A DNA stretch of 63,659 nt, filler included, from Trichomonas gallinae (GCA_008369845.1; 6 parts of 6 records of this genome joined end to end with filler, not necessarily neighbours in it), one strand, 5' to 3'; positions 22,201 through 33,161 are shown, numbered from the whole stretch's first letter. Made by a program: numbers and translations. Notes: a model not told the origin generated them from the letters alone.

Positions 22201-25134
22201 ACAATGGCTCTTACACATGGCATCACTTTAAACCAGTTCTTCATCAATTACGTGATAGATTCGTGCAGTGCCCCTGACAATGAAATTTGCAGCTCAGCTT
22301 ATCTATGCATTGTCATTATTTTCAAGTCAATTCCAGTCTCTAAAGTCAAGAACATAATAAATAGCAAGCCTAAATTGCACGAACTGAGCAACGTCTTAGA
22401 TTCATGCAAATTAAATTTCGCAACTGATCATCAGCTTAGAGATATAATCGAAATTCCTTCCCAGGAGCAACCGGATGAAGGCACAATGTTCATGGACATT
22501 CCGACACCAGCTGAAATAAGGATGATCCTCAAACAGCAAGGCGTGCCCGACGAGCAACTTGACATTGCAGTCGAGCAGGTCATGGAGCAGATGAGGGAGC
22601 TTATCCTATCTCAGCAGCTCGAACAACAGCAGGAAATTCAGAAACAGGTTGACATGCAGATGCAGCAGCAAGGCATCGACCCAGATAACATGACAGACGA
22701 GGAAGTTTTGGCGATTTTAAACGGAGAAGCACAACTTCCTAACACACAGAATCCAATGCCGCAGCAACAAAAAGACTCTAACCTAGTACCAACAAGCGAC
22801 AGCCAAAATATAATTATGAATCAACAATTCACAAACGATCCAAATAATATGATGGTTGACATTCGAATGACCCAATATAATGATCCAAATATTTTGATGG
22901 ATCCTCAGCCGACAGAATATACTCATCCTAATGTTTTAATGGATCCTCAACCGACAAATTATGATGATTCTAATATTTTTGTTGACTCTAACATGATGAT
23001 GGGAAATCAATTCGATAATGATCCTAATATGATGATAGGAAATCATTTTGGAAATCCACCGTTTAATACAAAGCAAGATATGCTGTTAAATCCACAGTTT
23101 GGTGGGCCAAGTGATTTGCACTTTTCTCCTTCAATTGGCGAGATGACAGATGATGATGAATTGAAGATTGATCATGAAGGTGAAGCTTCTTTCTACGATG
23201 GACATTATAACTCTTCTACTTTTGTTGACGCACATCTTACTCAGGCGACTTTATTCGAGGAGCAGTTCGGCAAGCCAAATTCATCGAGCTCTGACTTCAT
23301 GAACAACGCTGAGTTCAATGAGCCAAAATTCAGGTCAGCGAGTTTCAGTGAGACAACATTTAGAGTCAGTTCACTGAAGCAGACAACATTCAAGATCAGC
23401 TCACTGAGCGAAAACAAGTTCAAAGTCCAGTCATTCAACGACGCTCATCTTCTCAATGTCAAGAAAGAAGAAATCAATTATAATAAGAATTACGCGTATA
23501 ACGGTTTTGACGATGAAGACGAAGATTACGTAGGATATGGAACAGGAGCCAACGAAACATTATTCCAGGAAATTTACGACGCAATCAACCACATGGTACT
23601 TGATTGGGAGGAGCCAACAACACCGCATTTCTTTTACTCTCAGTCTGCTGGCTGGAACTTTTATCCTAAGCACGACATCCGCAAGAAATTCATGAACAAT
23701 ATTCCAAACGTTTCCGCTGAAGCTATTGTCAAAATCATATCAACATTTTGCTCAGCTGATTCAGACAGACATGTTGTTATTCAGAGCTTCCCAATTGTCG
23801 CGAGTGTTTTGGCAATGACATTCACAGAAGAAACAGTAGATATGATTGCAGAAGCAGTTAAAAAGATCATGTGCGAAAATTTGTCAGTTTACGCCATCCC
23901 AACCTTCGCTTATCTCATCGAAGGTGTCACGATATCTGGCCCTAAGATGGACTTCAATGTTTATAAGAGATTCATTCAGAAAGTCGCTTTGCCTATTATC
24001 TGCGCGATCTCTTTGAACGTGCAATTTTCTCAGGCTGCTAGTGGAATTATGATGGTTATGTTCTCAGAAGAAATCATTGACTACTGCGCGCCTATTATAC
24101 AGATGCTCTTTGAATATTCCAACATTTCACCAGAAGATGCAACAGTCATAACAAGGTCATTCTTCAATCACCTCAACACAATATTCTGCGCGAGACCAAC
24201 ATCATTCTTCTGCGCATTCGACATGATAGTTGAGAAGTTTATTCGCCCATTTTTCGCAGGAATGGCAAACTTCAACCGCACAATCAATGCCGAGTTTGTC
24301 TGCATGTTTGTCATGTTGATAGAGAGTACATGCATCAGACCAACTTCAGCACTCTACAGCCCGATATTAGACCAAAAGCGCCAAGTTTTGTTGGACGAGT
24401 TCGATGATGCATTCTCGAAGATAAACACGTCGAACAAAGCTGCCCAAGGTGTCATTGTCTCTCTTTTATCATATGTCGCCGCATCATCAGTCATGGCTGT
24501 TCAGTTCTTAGCTCCAATTATTCTTAAGCATCAGAGAATCATTTTGATGGCAAGCAACGAAACAGATGAAGAAACAGAAGATGCAATTTTCACAACAATT
24601 TTGAATTTCACGATGCACCAGCATTTTCTTTATCAGCCTGATTTACTGGCTGATTACATTGATTTGATCATCAGCTACATAATGAAGTTGAGCATCCCAA
24701 TGCAACTCAAGATGATCTTCCACGTTTTGACTATCATCACGATGGATGCTTTTGCTTTCTCGTCAGCACAGTTTGACCACTTCTATGACATTGTTCTTAA
24801 ATTCATCAGAGATTGCAAGAACGAAAACTTGAAGGGCGAAGCTTTGGCTGTATTAGGAAGAATCATTCTCATAACGAAGAAGAATATTAAACTCAATGAG
24901 TTAACTGCTGCAGCTGTTCTCAACGCTGCATCTATATTCGATGAATGCGACCAAATAATTTTAGATGCATTTGAAGTCGTCAAAGAGAAGCTTGAAGGAA
25001 GGAGTGAAAACAAGGCATTGCTTAAAGATGTTGTCCAGCTCTTCTGGAAGCAACATTCATTCTCAGTCACTCCTAAGGTTGAAGCCGCTTTGGATCCATA
25101 CAGGACATTGGTTCCACCTTCGTATATTACCTAA
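19201..25134 (+). CDS. Proteasome activator PA200/Blm10 (PSME4)-like HEAT protein
   Basis: 1977 aa; N-terminal LQVDWKPLY; C-terminal FWKQH..LVPPSYIT resembling the PA200 tail; Inr TCACTT at 19188. Confidence 0.85.
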   Translation: MKEFNFLDFYKLLPQPDTLTEDDCALFWNEFKSYFIELLEKKQFQSLIDLFAMTRTPLKFFSKKIDTELQKEILLRLYNIITEIPIISYGLVIEAADFMAHFLSCKPVKELQVDWKPLYKIYRYITLKSPSSYVVDSDELSQNLFKIMGALNNCYPKGSLDEIFNKFLPKISPHAVDSTVYLTMISKLLPDNDKSFHKWLPNLRDLLIDYGTLIQLVPLVSIFNSIISNNIEYDFSDFLIPIVVQICGMLLTEAGPQHLTYEFSTVQLSLSNHTETIPRLLAEAIVNLMASLPTREKAIEKMASIMTSTQIITKDTSSMDDKFTAFVYQVLNSLHRTQNKIEKGDYPESMKLTTKQLQAILTPIVDTLICLLKSLDATRAVATIMSIRLIMDMDKSYTPRFFEFADLCISHSDAQAIGYIGWNIMSAVMADITKYDFLMENMGRIFEIAISNFFRTDTQRPLTHTLYVITSLIPFNHEYCNPAVKYVDFTSITERFITSYLDIISRLPALPGKQAPIDVNFCDLIRSIFDNIFSDGEPDIFRVLRPIILASLQDTVYCHVMKLITSLVVKFYESAPAHIYEEAMESLKNGLRTHHEVDALCYELHLFGLLSCIDSKCIDDVKKIAAIIKPFTNHPHKKVRKTAYKALSFAITPWACTPITSKIDDKKGGFKPINEFKVEAKPKFDISEVALDVFGPLFDILLNEKDVTKVITAIRPALYALQGICDFIFDVTEGDLTKLQIAQRISYFNNPVYTKSSTIKDKFLQIFIRLIKDFQDNPLLMRKLIPRASTFFVPMISINYEMTDTMDQLSSQFWPVEREKNLAVKSIVAPIIKNIQYRRITSHIVPASKLIKEFMSAFIPLATSRYKPIRNTAKTTFEFIGDFYNPVLSEYVFNIVDHANNIPTDEFIDFITIPIIFNIINAEPKVLCKVIYRVLSKFDIKDQESILNFKQFMTTNCIRAPSYDNFDNTALQDLLSKIQSLLINAHSQHKVYHHIILLVLTMALTHGITLNQFFINYVIDSCSAPDNEICSSAYLCIVIIFKSIPVSKVKNIINSKPKLHELSNVLDSCKLNFATDHQLRDIIEIPSQEQPDEGTMFMDIPTPAEIRMILKQQGVPDEQLDIAVEQVMEQMRELILSQQLEQQQEIQKQVDMQMQQQGIDPDNMTDEEVLAILNGEAQLPNTQNPMPQQQKDSNLVPTSDSQNIIMNQQFTNDPNNMMVDIRMTQYNDPNILMDPQPTEYTHPNVLMDPQPTNYDDSNIFVDSNMMMGNQFDNDPNMMIGNHFGNPPFNTKQDMLLNPQFGGPSDLHFSPSIGEMTDDDELKIDHEGEASFYDGHYNSSTFVDAHLTQATLFEEQFGKPNSSSSDFMNNAEFNEPKFRSASFSETTFRVSSLKQTTFKISSLSENKFKVQSFNDAHLLNVKKEEINYNKNYAYNGFDDEDEDYVGYGTGANETLFQEIYDAINHMVLDWEEPTTPHFFYSQSAGWNFYPKHDIRKKFMNNIPNVSAEAIVKIISTFCSADSDRHVVIQSFPIVASVLAMTFTEETVDMIAEAVKKIMCENLSVYAIPTFAYLIEGVTISGPKMDFNVYKRFIQKVALPIICAISLNVQFSQAASGIMMVMFSEEIIDYCAPIIQMLFEYSNISPEDATVITRSFFNHLNTIFCARPTSFFCAFDMIVEKFIRPFFAGMANFNRTINAEFVCMFVMLIESTCIRPTSALYSPILDQKRQVLLDEFDDAFSKINTSNKAAQGVIVSLLSYVAASSVMAVQFLAPIILKHQRIILMASNETDEETEDAIFTTILNFTMHQHFLYQPDLLADYIDLIISYIMKLSIPMQLKMIFHVLTIITMDAFAFSSAQFDHFYDIVLKFIRDCKNENLKGEALAVLGRIILITKKNIKLNELTAAAVLNAASIFDECDQIILDAFEVVKEKLEGRSENKALLKDVVQLFWKQHSFSVTPKVEAALDPYRTLVPPSYIT

Positions 25135-28100
25135 TTTTATATATATTTTTTCTTTTTTATTTTTTTGTTATAATTTCAATAAATGTAATTGCTTCGAAAT
25201 CATTTTCTTTTTTTTTATAATGCTTCTATAAGTACAGCCTGTATATGCGTCTATCTGAACTTTATGATGATAACATGAATATGTGTAGGTGTTAAAATCA
25301 AAATCAATAGATACTGCATTGAAATTTCAAACTTTAGTATTAAACTAAATAACTCCATATATACCTATATATATGCGCGCCAATGAATTCCTCCAGTAAA
25401 AAACATGTCTTGATTTTTAGAAAAAAATAAAAATGATATAAAAAATGTAAAAAATTATCGATATTTTTGACAAAAATAGATTTTTTAAAGATTTTTTTTG
25501 GGTTGTGCTCGAATCTTTTCGATGGAACTGTAGATAAATAGGTATGCTATGCAAATTAAATTCGAAGTTTGCAGGTATGGCTTTAATATAATTTTTCGAA
25601 AATGAATTATGATGTGAAATGTGATTACTCATGAGTGGAAACATGAGATAAAGTATTTTCTTGATGATAAATCGGCTTTTCGGTGAGTTGACAACAAAGA
25701 TTTTCAAAATTCACTGTTATATGGTAATCGTTTGTTCCTAATAGGAGCAACGAAAAAATATTTTTGTTTGCGTCGTAAAACTGTAACAAAACCGATATTT
25801 TACGCCAGATATTTTTTTGATTCTAGCAATTGTGTCATAGACCATGATTAAGTATAAGAAAATCCATCTACACACGTATTTAAATTTAAATATAAACAAA
25901 AAATCTGTTAAACACGAAACAAAGATTAAATTTCAATCAATGAAGACATTAATATCATAAGTTGAGCTGTCTTGTTCAAAATTTGAAATACATAAGAGGA
26001 GTATATCAATATTTTATGATGATTTAGCTTCTTGTTGTTTTTAAAAAAATTTGAAATAATTTACGCGAAATCGCATAATTAGAGCCACACGGATGATATT
26101 TGAGAAGAATAACTGCTAATAATGCTATATCTCGCTTATTTAGCCGAATCTCACATTTTTGCCAATTTCTGGAATATATTTTCGTTTAATCGATGAGCTT
26201 TTCGAATAACTGCATGTGAATAATACAACATGACTACTATTTAGTATATATTTATGTAAAAAACAGATTCTAATCATCCTTGAGAACAGATATTTCAGTT
26301 TTTCAAATATATGATGATTAAAGGCTCTACATTTAGTATATTATAATATATATGAAGATTAGCATGAAAATATGAACTAAAGTGGTTATAACCATGTCAA
26401 ATAATTTTACAATATTTTAGATTTGATGAAAACGCAAAAATATCACTATATATGGCAATTACTAGTCATATAAATATAGTAGATGAGTCAGTGGTGGATA
26501 GAAAATAAATGCAAAATTTCTGAACCCACGAAACCTCAAAAATGGAGCCAATGACTATGATAGCATAGATATACATACGATATAGATGTCGATTCCAAGT
26601 GAATTGGAGTTCAAACTACAAAATAACATAATTGAAACGCAAAAATGCAAAAAATATCAAATAAAAGAAGCCGATTAATGCCCGACAGGAATTTATGACG
26701 CGACCATGACGGGTCGACGGCTTCCTTTATAAATGAAGGAGAAATAAAAGTCTGATTTTTCATTGAAATGAAAAATCCCTAGAAAAGCATTTAATATCAT
26801 AATATGATTTAAATATTAAAAATCTTAGTTTGCCAAATTTTATGACTAATCAAATAAATATGTAGATATTGAGATTAAAGCAATGATGTCTTTTGTTCAA
26901 ATTTTTCTTCTAGTCAGATATATTGAAATCTATAAAATGTAAATCTGTGAAATAGCGGGAGTTTTATTGCAAAGAAGTGATGGGCTGCAATAAAATCTGG
27001 TATATGTAACGTTAGCTTGAAATATTTTTGTATGCGCATAAAACAGATAGCCATTGAAAATTTAAATGATAGTCAAAATATACTAATAATAGTATATATT
27101 AATAAATGGAAAAGAAATTTACTGTTTCTAAAATATTATTGAAATTATATATAAATTATAAAGCAAAAAAAGAGAAATATATTTCAACATTATTTGATTA
27201 ATTATTTCTGACAATGAACCACTCAATTATTTGATCGTACTCATTCAATTTTTAATATTTGAATAGGATAGTTTTTATATTCAGAAAATATAACCTTATC
27301 AATTTTAGCTTTGCTGTTTTTAGATTAAAATACTAAATACCATCATGCATAATAGTTTTAAATATATTTAATAACACCTATAAATGCAATTTATTTATTT
27401 AGAACTCTTCTTTTTCTTTATTTTTATTTTATCAATTTTTATCATCTCGACAATAAATCATTTACAATATAAGTATATTTCCATATAAAACAAGGAATTG
27501 TAATCTTCTCTCTTATTATCTAATTGACTTTGTTTTTCATTGAAAAAATAATAACTTACCGAAATATCCTAATTCTGATATAAAATGTATATATAATCGC
27601 TGCATAATATTGTAATCCGATTTCTTCATGTTTTTTGAAAATTTAATTAATCTTTGATTAATCATAATTCTTTGGGGTCTATTATGTATATTTATTTCTA
27701 AATATAGATATACAATGCATTATGAATACTTTTTACGGAGCTTATCGATATTTAGGAGAGAATGTTCGATGAATAATAATTATTTCCATGAGATTATAGA
27801 AGTTAGACAAGACAATGATATTAATATAGATATTTCTTGCAATTCCCCATGTGTCGCGCATTGAAATACTCCAATATGGCGTTGAATTGCAACAAAATTT
27901 TGAATAATTGAACGATGATTCTAATTTCTAGTAGTAAATTGCGAATAACACCTTTTATACTTATAATTATTGTGCATTTATGTTTTTATGAACCACTTTC
28001 ACAAAACATCAGCTGATGTTTTTTATGAAATATTTGTATCAAATAACGGAATCATAATAATGCGATATAAGGTTTGAAAAGTCTGTTCCAAAAAAAAAAA

Positions 28101-28694
28101 AAAAAAAAAGTTGTGTTCATTTCCCGACACCTCAATTGAGTCAACAAAAAACAATATTTTTATTAATATTCCAATATATTCCTCTTTAAACACGTTATAA
28201 ATGTGTAAAAATTCATTGAATATCTCAATAATTTAAATCTCAATTGAATTTCATAATGTGGAGAACAATACTTATAATACAAGGGGTTATCTAAAATCAT
28301 GATTTCATTCATAAAATTAATTTTGAGGCCTATTCAATAAATTGAAGTGAAATTTGAAAGACCTAACACTTACGTTATGAAAAGTTATGGACGATTACGT
28401 TTATATCTATGAAGAATAAGTTCCATAGGTTGTATATAAAACAATACCGTAAAAAATGTGTACTTCTGTTTGTTTATATCCTGAAAATTATTGAAATTTC
28501 AGATCCAATTTTGAGATGGAATCAAATTATTCTAAGGTCCTTTAGAACTTTACATCATCAAAACAGGGTCCATTAAAGAGCAAATGCAGTTTCAAAATCG
28601 ATAAAAATCTGTTGTAGATTTTTGTCAAGGATCACAATGTTTGAGAGATCTTATTGAATCAAGAATGAACAGATAATATATTTTTGATTATTGG

Positions 28695-29213
28695 ATGGAT
28701 ATTGTAGGAGAACGCGGTTCCATTAGGCACAGATTCTCACAGGCTGAGGATATGCTGCTTAAGAACCTCGTGGCAGAGGCAAATGGTGTTGTCAACTGGA
28801 AGGATATAGCAAGCAAAATGGGAACTCGAACTGCTCGCCAATGCCGAGAGAGGTACAAAAACTATTTGAAACCGACAATCGTAAAAAAGAACTGGACGAA
28901 AGATGAAGACTCGATTATACTGCAAAAATACCAAGAATTAGGAAATAAATGGGAATCGATTGCGAGATTCTTAAAAGGAAGATCAGGAAGCGATACAAGA
29001 AATAGGTATTTATCTCTGATTAGAGTAAAGAAAAATAAAAAATCCCGCAACTCGAATTATCAAAATAAATCTACAGTAGCCCACCAGCAACCTCCGACAA
29101 TCGTAAAAACCAATGACCAGATTGCGCCTCAAATCGATTTTGATAAATTATTTTTCGATCGAACGAGTATTTTTTGCACTGGGAACTTGAATGATCATGA
29201 TATTTGTTGTTAA
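28695..29213 (+). CDS. R2R3 Myb DNA-binding protein
   Basis: RFSQAED..W..IA..M.TRTARQCRERYKNYL.P..WTKDED..GNKW..IA..L.GRS..RNRY. Confidence 0.95.
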   Translation: MDIVGERGSIRHRFSQAEDMLLKNLVAEANGVVNWKDIASKMGTRTARQCRERYKNYLKPTIVKKNWTKDEDSIILQKYQELGNKWESIARFLKGRSGSDTRNRYLSLIRVKKNKKSRNSNYQNKSTVAHQQPPTIVKTNDQIAPQIDFDKLFFDRTSIFCTGNLNDHDICC

Positions 29214-29788
29214 TTACCGCGCCATTATGGCGTTAAAATAAAAAATGTTAATTTTTCCAAAAAAAAAATCTTACATTTTCCTTATCTTAAGAGGTAGATA
29301 TGGTGTCATCCTGGAAATATTTATAAATTTCTAGCTGAAAAAATCGTCTAAGGCTCGTATTTATGCCGCCAAAAAATTATAATCATCAAAATTTTATTCT
29401 TTTCCGTTTAACCATGGTAAATACATATTTCTGAGGTTCACAGATTTTAAAAGTACCTCTGGAAGTTTCCAATCAAGATGTTAATTGTTTTGCTGATCTT
29501 TAATTTGCACAGTAAGACCATTTATCCCTCAAGGAACAGTTTCCATGAGGCTCATTAAAACAAATCTACCTATCTAAGCCCATTAATTATAAAATTATAT
29601 TTCAATTATAAAATATTATTTTTCATATCAAGACAATTGGACAGTTTACAAGTTTTCCAGACTAGATATTGATAAATGAATGTATAAAAAATTAAAAAGT
29701 TATTTTTGTTAATCAAAATTTTGCAATCTTTTTCTAGAAAGACTGCTATGTTTTGAAAAGTATTTAGTATTCATTATATGCTATTTGC

Positions 29789-30205
29789 TTACTCGTGCTG
29801 TGGACGTTCAGCACGTGGGCGACCAAAGCCACCGCGCTGTGGACGATCGCCACGTGGAGCACCACCGAAGCGGCGTGGGCCACGGCCCTGTGGGCGTTCG
29901 CGGCGTGATTCGAGGACCTTTGTCTCAGCTTCGCGGAGTGTAGCTGGGGCGGCATTGGCTGGTAGGCCGAAGTAGTTACGGAGGTACTCGATACCCTTAT
30001 CTGTGAGTGTGTAGTAAGCATGGGACCAGGCGTATGTCTTTGTGCAGAAGCCCTTTGTTACGAATGCGCGGCCAATCTGATATGGATAAATGTTAAGGCA
30101 TTCAAGTTCCTCGTGTGTGCCAGACTGAACATCAGAGACGCAGAGGACACCATTTTCGAAGAGATAGCGGAGAATTCTCCTGCGGATAGCTGTTGGCATA
30201 TACAT
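29789..30205 (-). CDS. RPS10: 40S ribosomal protein S10 (eS10)
   Basis: YLFENGV, YAWSHAYYTLTDKGIEYLRNY..LP...PATL and an RG-rich tail; ATG at 30205. Confidence 0.96.
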   Translation of the reverse strand: MYMPTAIRRRILRYLFENGVLCVSDVQSGTHEELECLNIYPYQIGRAFVTKGFCTKTYAWSHAYYTLTDKGIEYLRNYFGLPANAAPATLREAETKVLESRRERPQGRGPRRFGGAPRGDRPQRGGFGRPRAERPQHE

Positions 30206-30222
30206 CTTTTTTTTTTCGAGCG

Positions 30223-30244
30223 AAAAGGTAGAACCAAAACCGCC
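30223..30244 (-). promoter_or_regulatory. M3 (GGCGGTTT) plus M5 (CCTTT) core promoter of RPS10
   Basis: Minus strand GGCGGTTTTGGTTCTACCTTTT about 18 nt before the ATG; matches Trichomonas motifs associated with ribosomal protein genes. Confidence 0.75.
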
Positions 30245-31040
30245 CAATTTGAATCGAAAACGATTATTCTTTTACAAAAAAAATAGCAAATTTCTTATTT
30301 TTTATTATAATTCCACTTAAAATACTTTAAAACGCTTATATTCAAAAAACCACGGCAAAATCTTAATCTTTAAAATCACTTTTACAAAAACTTTGCTATT
30401 GGGATGATGGGAGTTTAAAAATCGATTGTGTAGCACACAAATTCTGCCATATTTTAAGTATGATGCCATATGAACAATTTTTTATTTTTTTTCCTTATAT
30501 TGCTTTTTTAATTTTTAGGTTATCAAGCATTGAACCGATTCAGATAAGCTTGAATAACCTTATAAAGTTAGTAACCTCATACAATTTAGGAAATAATCCT
30601 TCATGACAAATGTGCATGAATTTCCATTCAAGGTTTCCAAATTTCGCAATTTCATTACATTTTTCGTATAAATATCATAGAACAGATTAACATATTTCAA
30701 TCTAAGATGCAAATTATGAAATATTAAAATCTTCTTTTTAATTAAAGTCTTCATCAACGTTGAAATTGAAAATTATATGAATATAGGAGGATCTAATCTA
30801 GAATTTGATGATAATTAGATAATTTGCTACTATAAACTTCAACCAGAATAAAATATCAAAAATCATTTATTATGATCTATTTCATGTAATAATATTCTAA
30901 GTAAAAGATAATTTAATTGATAAATTATGGTAATACGAACATTTTATTCAATAACATGAAGCACATTATAACATTTTTGCGCATGGAATTCAAATAATGT
31001 TTAATTAAATGACAAGCAACTGTTTGATGCAATTGATACC

Positions 31041-31625
31041 TCATGAATCTGTGAATAAAAATATACAAAAAATTTGGAGGAGAAAGTTATTTTGGTATGA
31101 ACAAACACAACATGTACAATGAGTAACATCTGATAAATATACTCCGCTAACATCTAAACCCCAATTTGTAATTAATACTTTCCAACCCGAATTTTGGTCA
31201 TCATTAAACGAATTCTTATATTGTGTGTACTTAAAATATTTAAAATAATGCGAATTTTCGAAAGGAAACTCGACTTGATATTTTCTGCATGTTTTTGAAG
31301 CAATTTGATAGTCTGATTGCATGTTTTTGGGACACATTGCTTCATTTCTATATACAAGCGTTGTCCACGTCATGGCGTCTATAGATCCATAAAAAGCCCA
31401 TTCAATTGGAAAAACATCACTTGTTAGAATGTATATGAACGAATTTGGCTTTATTTTATGTCTTGGAAAATACAAAATGATAGATGATTTCATCGGAATT
31501 TCAGATCCAGAATAATAACTTTGATTAAGATCATAAAAATTTGATTTTGAGCCAGGATAAAGGCCAATAATGTCTCTAGTAGTATTTCCATAAAGCCCGG
31601 CAAGTTCATGAATCACGTATTGCAT
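31041..31625 (-). CDS. Trichomonad-type hypothetical protein with F5/8 type C (galactose-binding)-like fold and Cys-rich hydrophobic tail
   Basis: FPIEWAFYGSID..TWTTL and YFKYFKYTQ..NS; C-terminus THCTCCVC..LLQIFCIFLF. Confidence 0.6.
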   Translation of the reverse strand: MQYVIHELAGLYGNTTRDIIGLYPGSKSNFYDLNQSYYSGSEIPMKSSIILYFPRHKIKPNSFIYILTSDVFPIEWAFYGSIDAMTWTTLVYRNEAMCPKNMQSDYQIASKTCRKYQVEFPFENSHYFKYFKYTQYKNSFNDDQNSGWKVLITNWGLDVSGVYLSDVTHCTCCVCSYQNNFLLQIFCIFLFTDS

Positions 31626-31763
31626 CTAAAATTTATAAAATATTCTATCATATTTGCATTGAAAAAAATGAATTTGAAAATCTTTTATGTGATGCTATAA
31701 AATAGTTTGTGTTAAGGTATTCAATACAAAACAAATAATTTTATTTCAAACAATAATAAAAAG

Positions 31764-32924
31764 TTATTCTTGCTCCTGTTTTTCAATAATTTCAAATGTA
31801 CCGTCAGAGAAACACCTGAAAGTGACTGGTTGTTCCTTCCAAATTCCTTGATAATCTTTATATTGAGGCTCATCACCTCCATTTGTTATATTATCCGCAT
31901 TTTTAAGATCACTTACTTGTTGTTCTAAATTATTGAGTCGATCTAACAAGATCTCAATTTCGTTTAATTCTTTTTCATGGGTGATATAGTCATCAACAGT
32001 ACTTACTGAGTCTTGCGACTGAAGTATATGAATTTCATCCAGCTCAATTGATATTTTCTTGTGCATTTGCTGATAATCATTATCAGATTTCATTTTATAA
32101 TCGCGAATATTCTGCATAATGATTGAAATCTTGTCATTTATGGATTTAGTAATTTCTGTGGATAAGTCTGCATATGAATTTTTCAAGTTTTCTTTCTTTT
32201 CTTCTATATTTTTGGAATTATTCTCGAATTTTGAAACTCCATCCTTTGCTTTCTCTTCATACTCTTCGACAACTTTCTGTGCTGACTCGATTTTTTGGTC
32301 AAATTGTGATATTGTAGATTTGAACGTTTCGAGAATTTCTGATTCTAGTTTTGAATTCAACTCATTAATCTGAATTGACTGATTATAGCAATTAACTCGA
32401 TAGTTTTCTATTTCTTCCAATGCTTTTGTTATTCCATCAGGAATTTGTTTTATTCCATTTAGAGTATCATTTATGTTATCAGCTTGAGTAGTAACAGAAC
32501 GAGAAAGTGTTGCAACGTTTTTAAGTGCAGCATCAAATTCATCTTTGAAATTAAAGAATTCATCATGAACTGGTCGCATTTGCTTTGGAATTGAAAGCGT
32601 AGAAACAGTTTGTTGTGTAAGTCCTAGCGATTGGATCTTTTTAGAAATATTAATCGAATTTGAATGTATGCTATCCATTCGAGGACGAATCCTTTGTATT
32701 TCATCAATAATATCGATTCCAACGGATCTTACAGATTTTTCGGCTGAATTTGTTAAATATTCAAAGTTTTGTTTAAGTTGTTCAATTCTTGGGTTAAATT
32801 CGTCAAGTTGATGCATCAAATTCTCTTTCATCATATTGCATTGCCTTTCATCAATATCTTCTACAGGTGCATCTGCGAGATTTGGCTCAGTATCAGCGAA
32901 AATTGATTGACTTTCTTCACTCAT
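31764..32924 (-). CDS. Coiled-coil hypothetical protein
   Basis: 386-aa ORF, heptad-rich, E/K/Q/N-biased. Confidence 0.8.
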   Translation of the reverse strand: MSEESQSIFADTEPNLADAPVEDIDERQCNMMKENLMHQLDEFNPRIEQLKQNFEYLTNSAEKSVRSVGIDIIDEIQRIRPRMDSIHSNSINISKKIQSLGLTQQTVSTLSIPKQMRPVHDEFFNFKDEFDAALKNVATLSRSVTTQADNINDTLNGIKQIPDGITKALEEIENYRVNCYNQSIQINELNSKLESEILETFKSTISQFDQKIESAQKVVEEYEEKAKDGVSKFENNSKNIEEKKENLKNSYADLSTEITKSINDKISIIMQNIRDYKMKSDNDYQQMHKKISIELDEIHILQSQDSVSTVDDYITHEKELNEIEILLDRLNNLEQQVSDLKNADNITNGGDEPQYKDYQGIWKEQPVTFRCFSDGTFEIIEKQEQE

Positions 32925-33108
32925 TTTTTAAAAAACGATTTTTCTCCCATATTATTTTTGGAAGCCCCTTATTAACCGTTTGAAAAATATACAGAATGAT
33001 GTGCTCTCATTACATAGCTATTTTTAATAGAATATCTGCAGATACTGTATATTCTCCAATTTTAGTGTAGTATATATCCATCCTCAAAAAAATTGAACAC
33101 AATTAATC

Positions 33109-33161
33109 ATATTTGACGGTTTACAAAACAAATATTATATTTGACAGTTTACAAAACAAAT
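33109..33161. repeat. 25-bp direct repeat (period 28) in a divergent promoter region
   Basis: ATATTTGACGGTTTACAAAACAAAT and ATATTTGACAGTTTACAAAACAAAT, one mismatch. Confidence 0.85.

Noticed and set aside
26354..26366. GAAGATTAGCATG match to U6 snRNA
   Set aside because: No upstream ACAGA box and no downstream U6 stem-loop; chance match
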